Part shown: in pieces, positions 25,233-25,257 of the stretch
Position numbering within the stretch: position 1 is the stretch's first letter
How the letters are laid out: each line of letters opens with the position of its first letter
Source: a virus
Lineage: Duplodnaviria > Caudoviricetes
Reading direction: 5' to 3' (one strand)
Virus record (IMG/VR): IMGVR_UViG_3300044268_003784
Location: 1 to 25,257 of that record
Length of the DNA: 25,257 nt
Notes under the pieces: generated by a model
What the model saw: the letters and a program-made list of their open reading frames with translations, nothing else
Databases searched by the model: none
What the model was told of the DNA's origin: nothing
Position numbers and translations under genes: made by a program

Positions 25233-25257
25233 TCACTCCTTATATTTTGATAACCTC

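Noticed and set aside
1-25257. Stop-codon reassignment, programmed frameshifts at A-runs, introns or inteins
   Set aside because: Standard-code ORFs tile the window densely with coupled starts and stops; no broken conserved gene or splicing motif was seen.

Overview
AT-rich fragment of a tailed dsDNA phage genome, most likely a short-tailed (podovirus-type) aquatic or marine phage. That assignment is inferred from protein motifs; no database search was run. From 1-14284 (+) lies the late morphogenesis block: a 5'-truncated tail fibre with a C-terminal S74-type chaperone, small membrane/lysis-like genes, a free-standing PD-(D/E)XK endonuclease, a tail tubular/stabilisation protein and four large ejection (internal virion) proteins. 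From 14281-17801 (-) is an operon running Cro-like HTH, prim-pol/helicase, membrane protein, nuclease, 3TM holin. From 17885-21303 is a recombination module (Sak4-like ATPase and DUF669 SSB on +; DUF3310 and RecE-like exonuclease on -). From 21304-22905 is a regulatory zone with divergent promoters, a GC-rich structured element, an iteron-like origin candidate and an apparently leaderless terS with no terL next to it. From 22840-25232 (-) is an array of tiny early-type genes, most with strong SD sites. No capsid, portal, TerL, DNA polymerase, integrase, tRNA or CRISPR was recognised. The best novelty leads, both hypotheses: (i) two intergenic structured elements carrying anti-Shine-Dalgarno sequence, one of them (21611-21710) beside apparently leaderless genes, suggesting possible translation-level control; (ii) ejection proteins built like polyproteins, with recurring xAxGG motifs, a cationic amphipathic peptide and a beta-signal-like segment.
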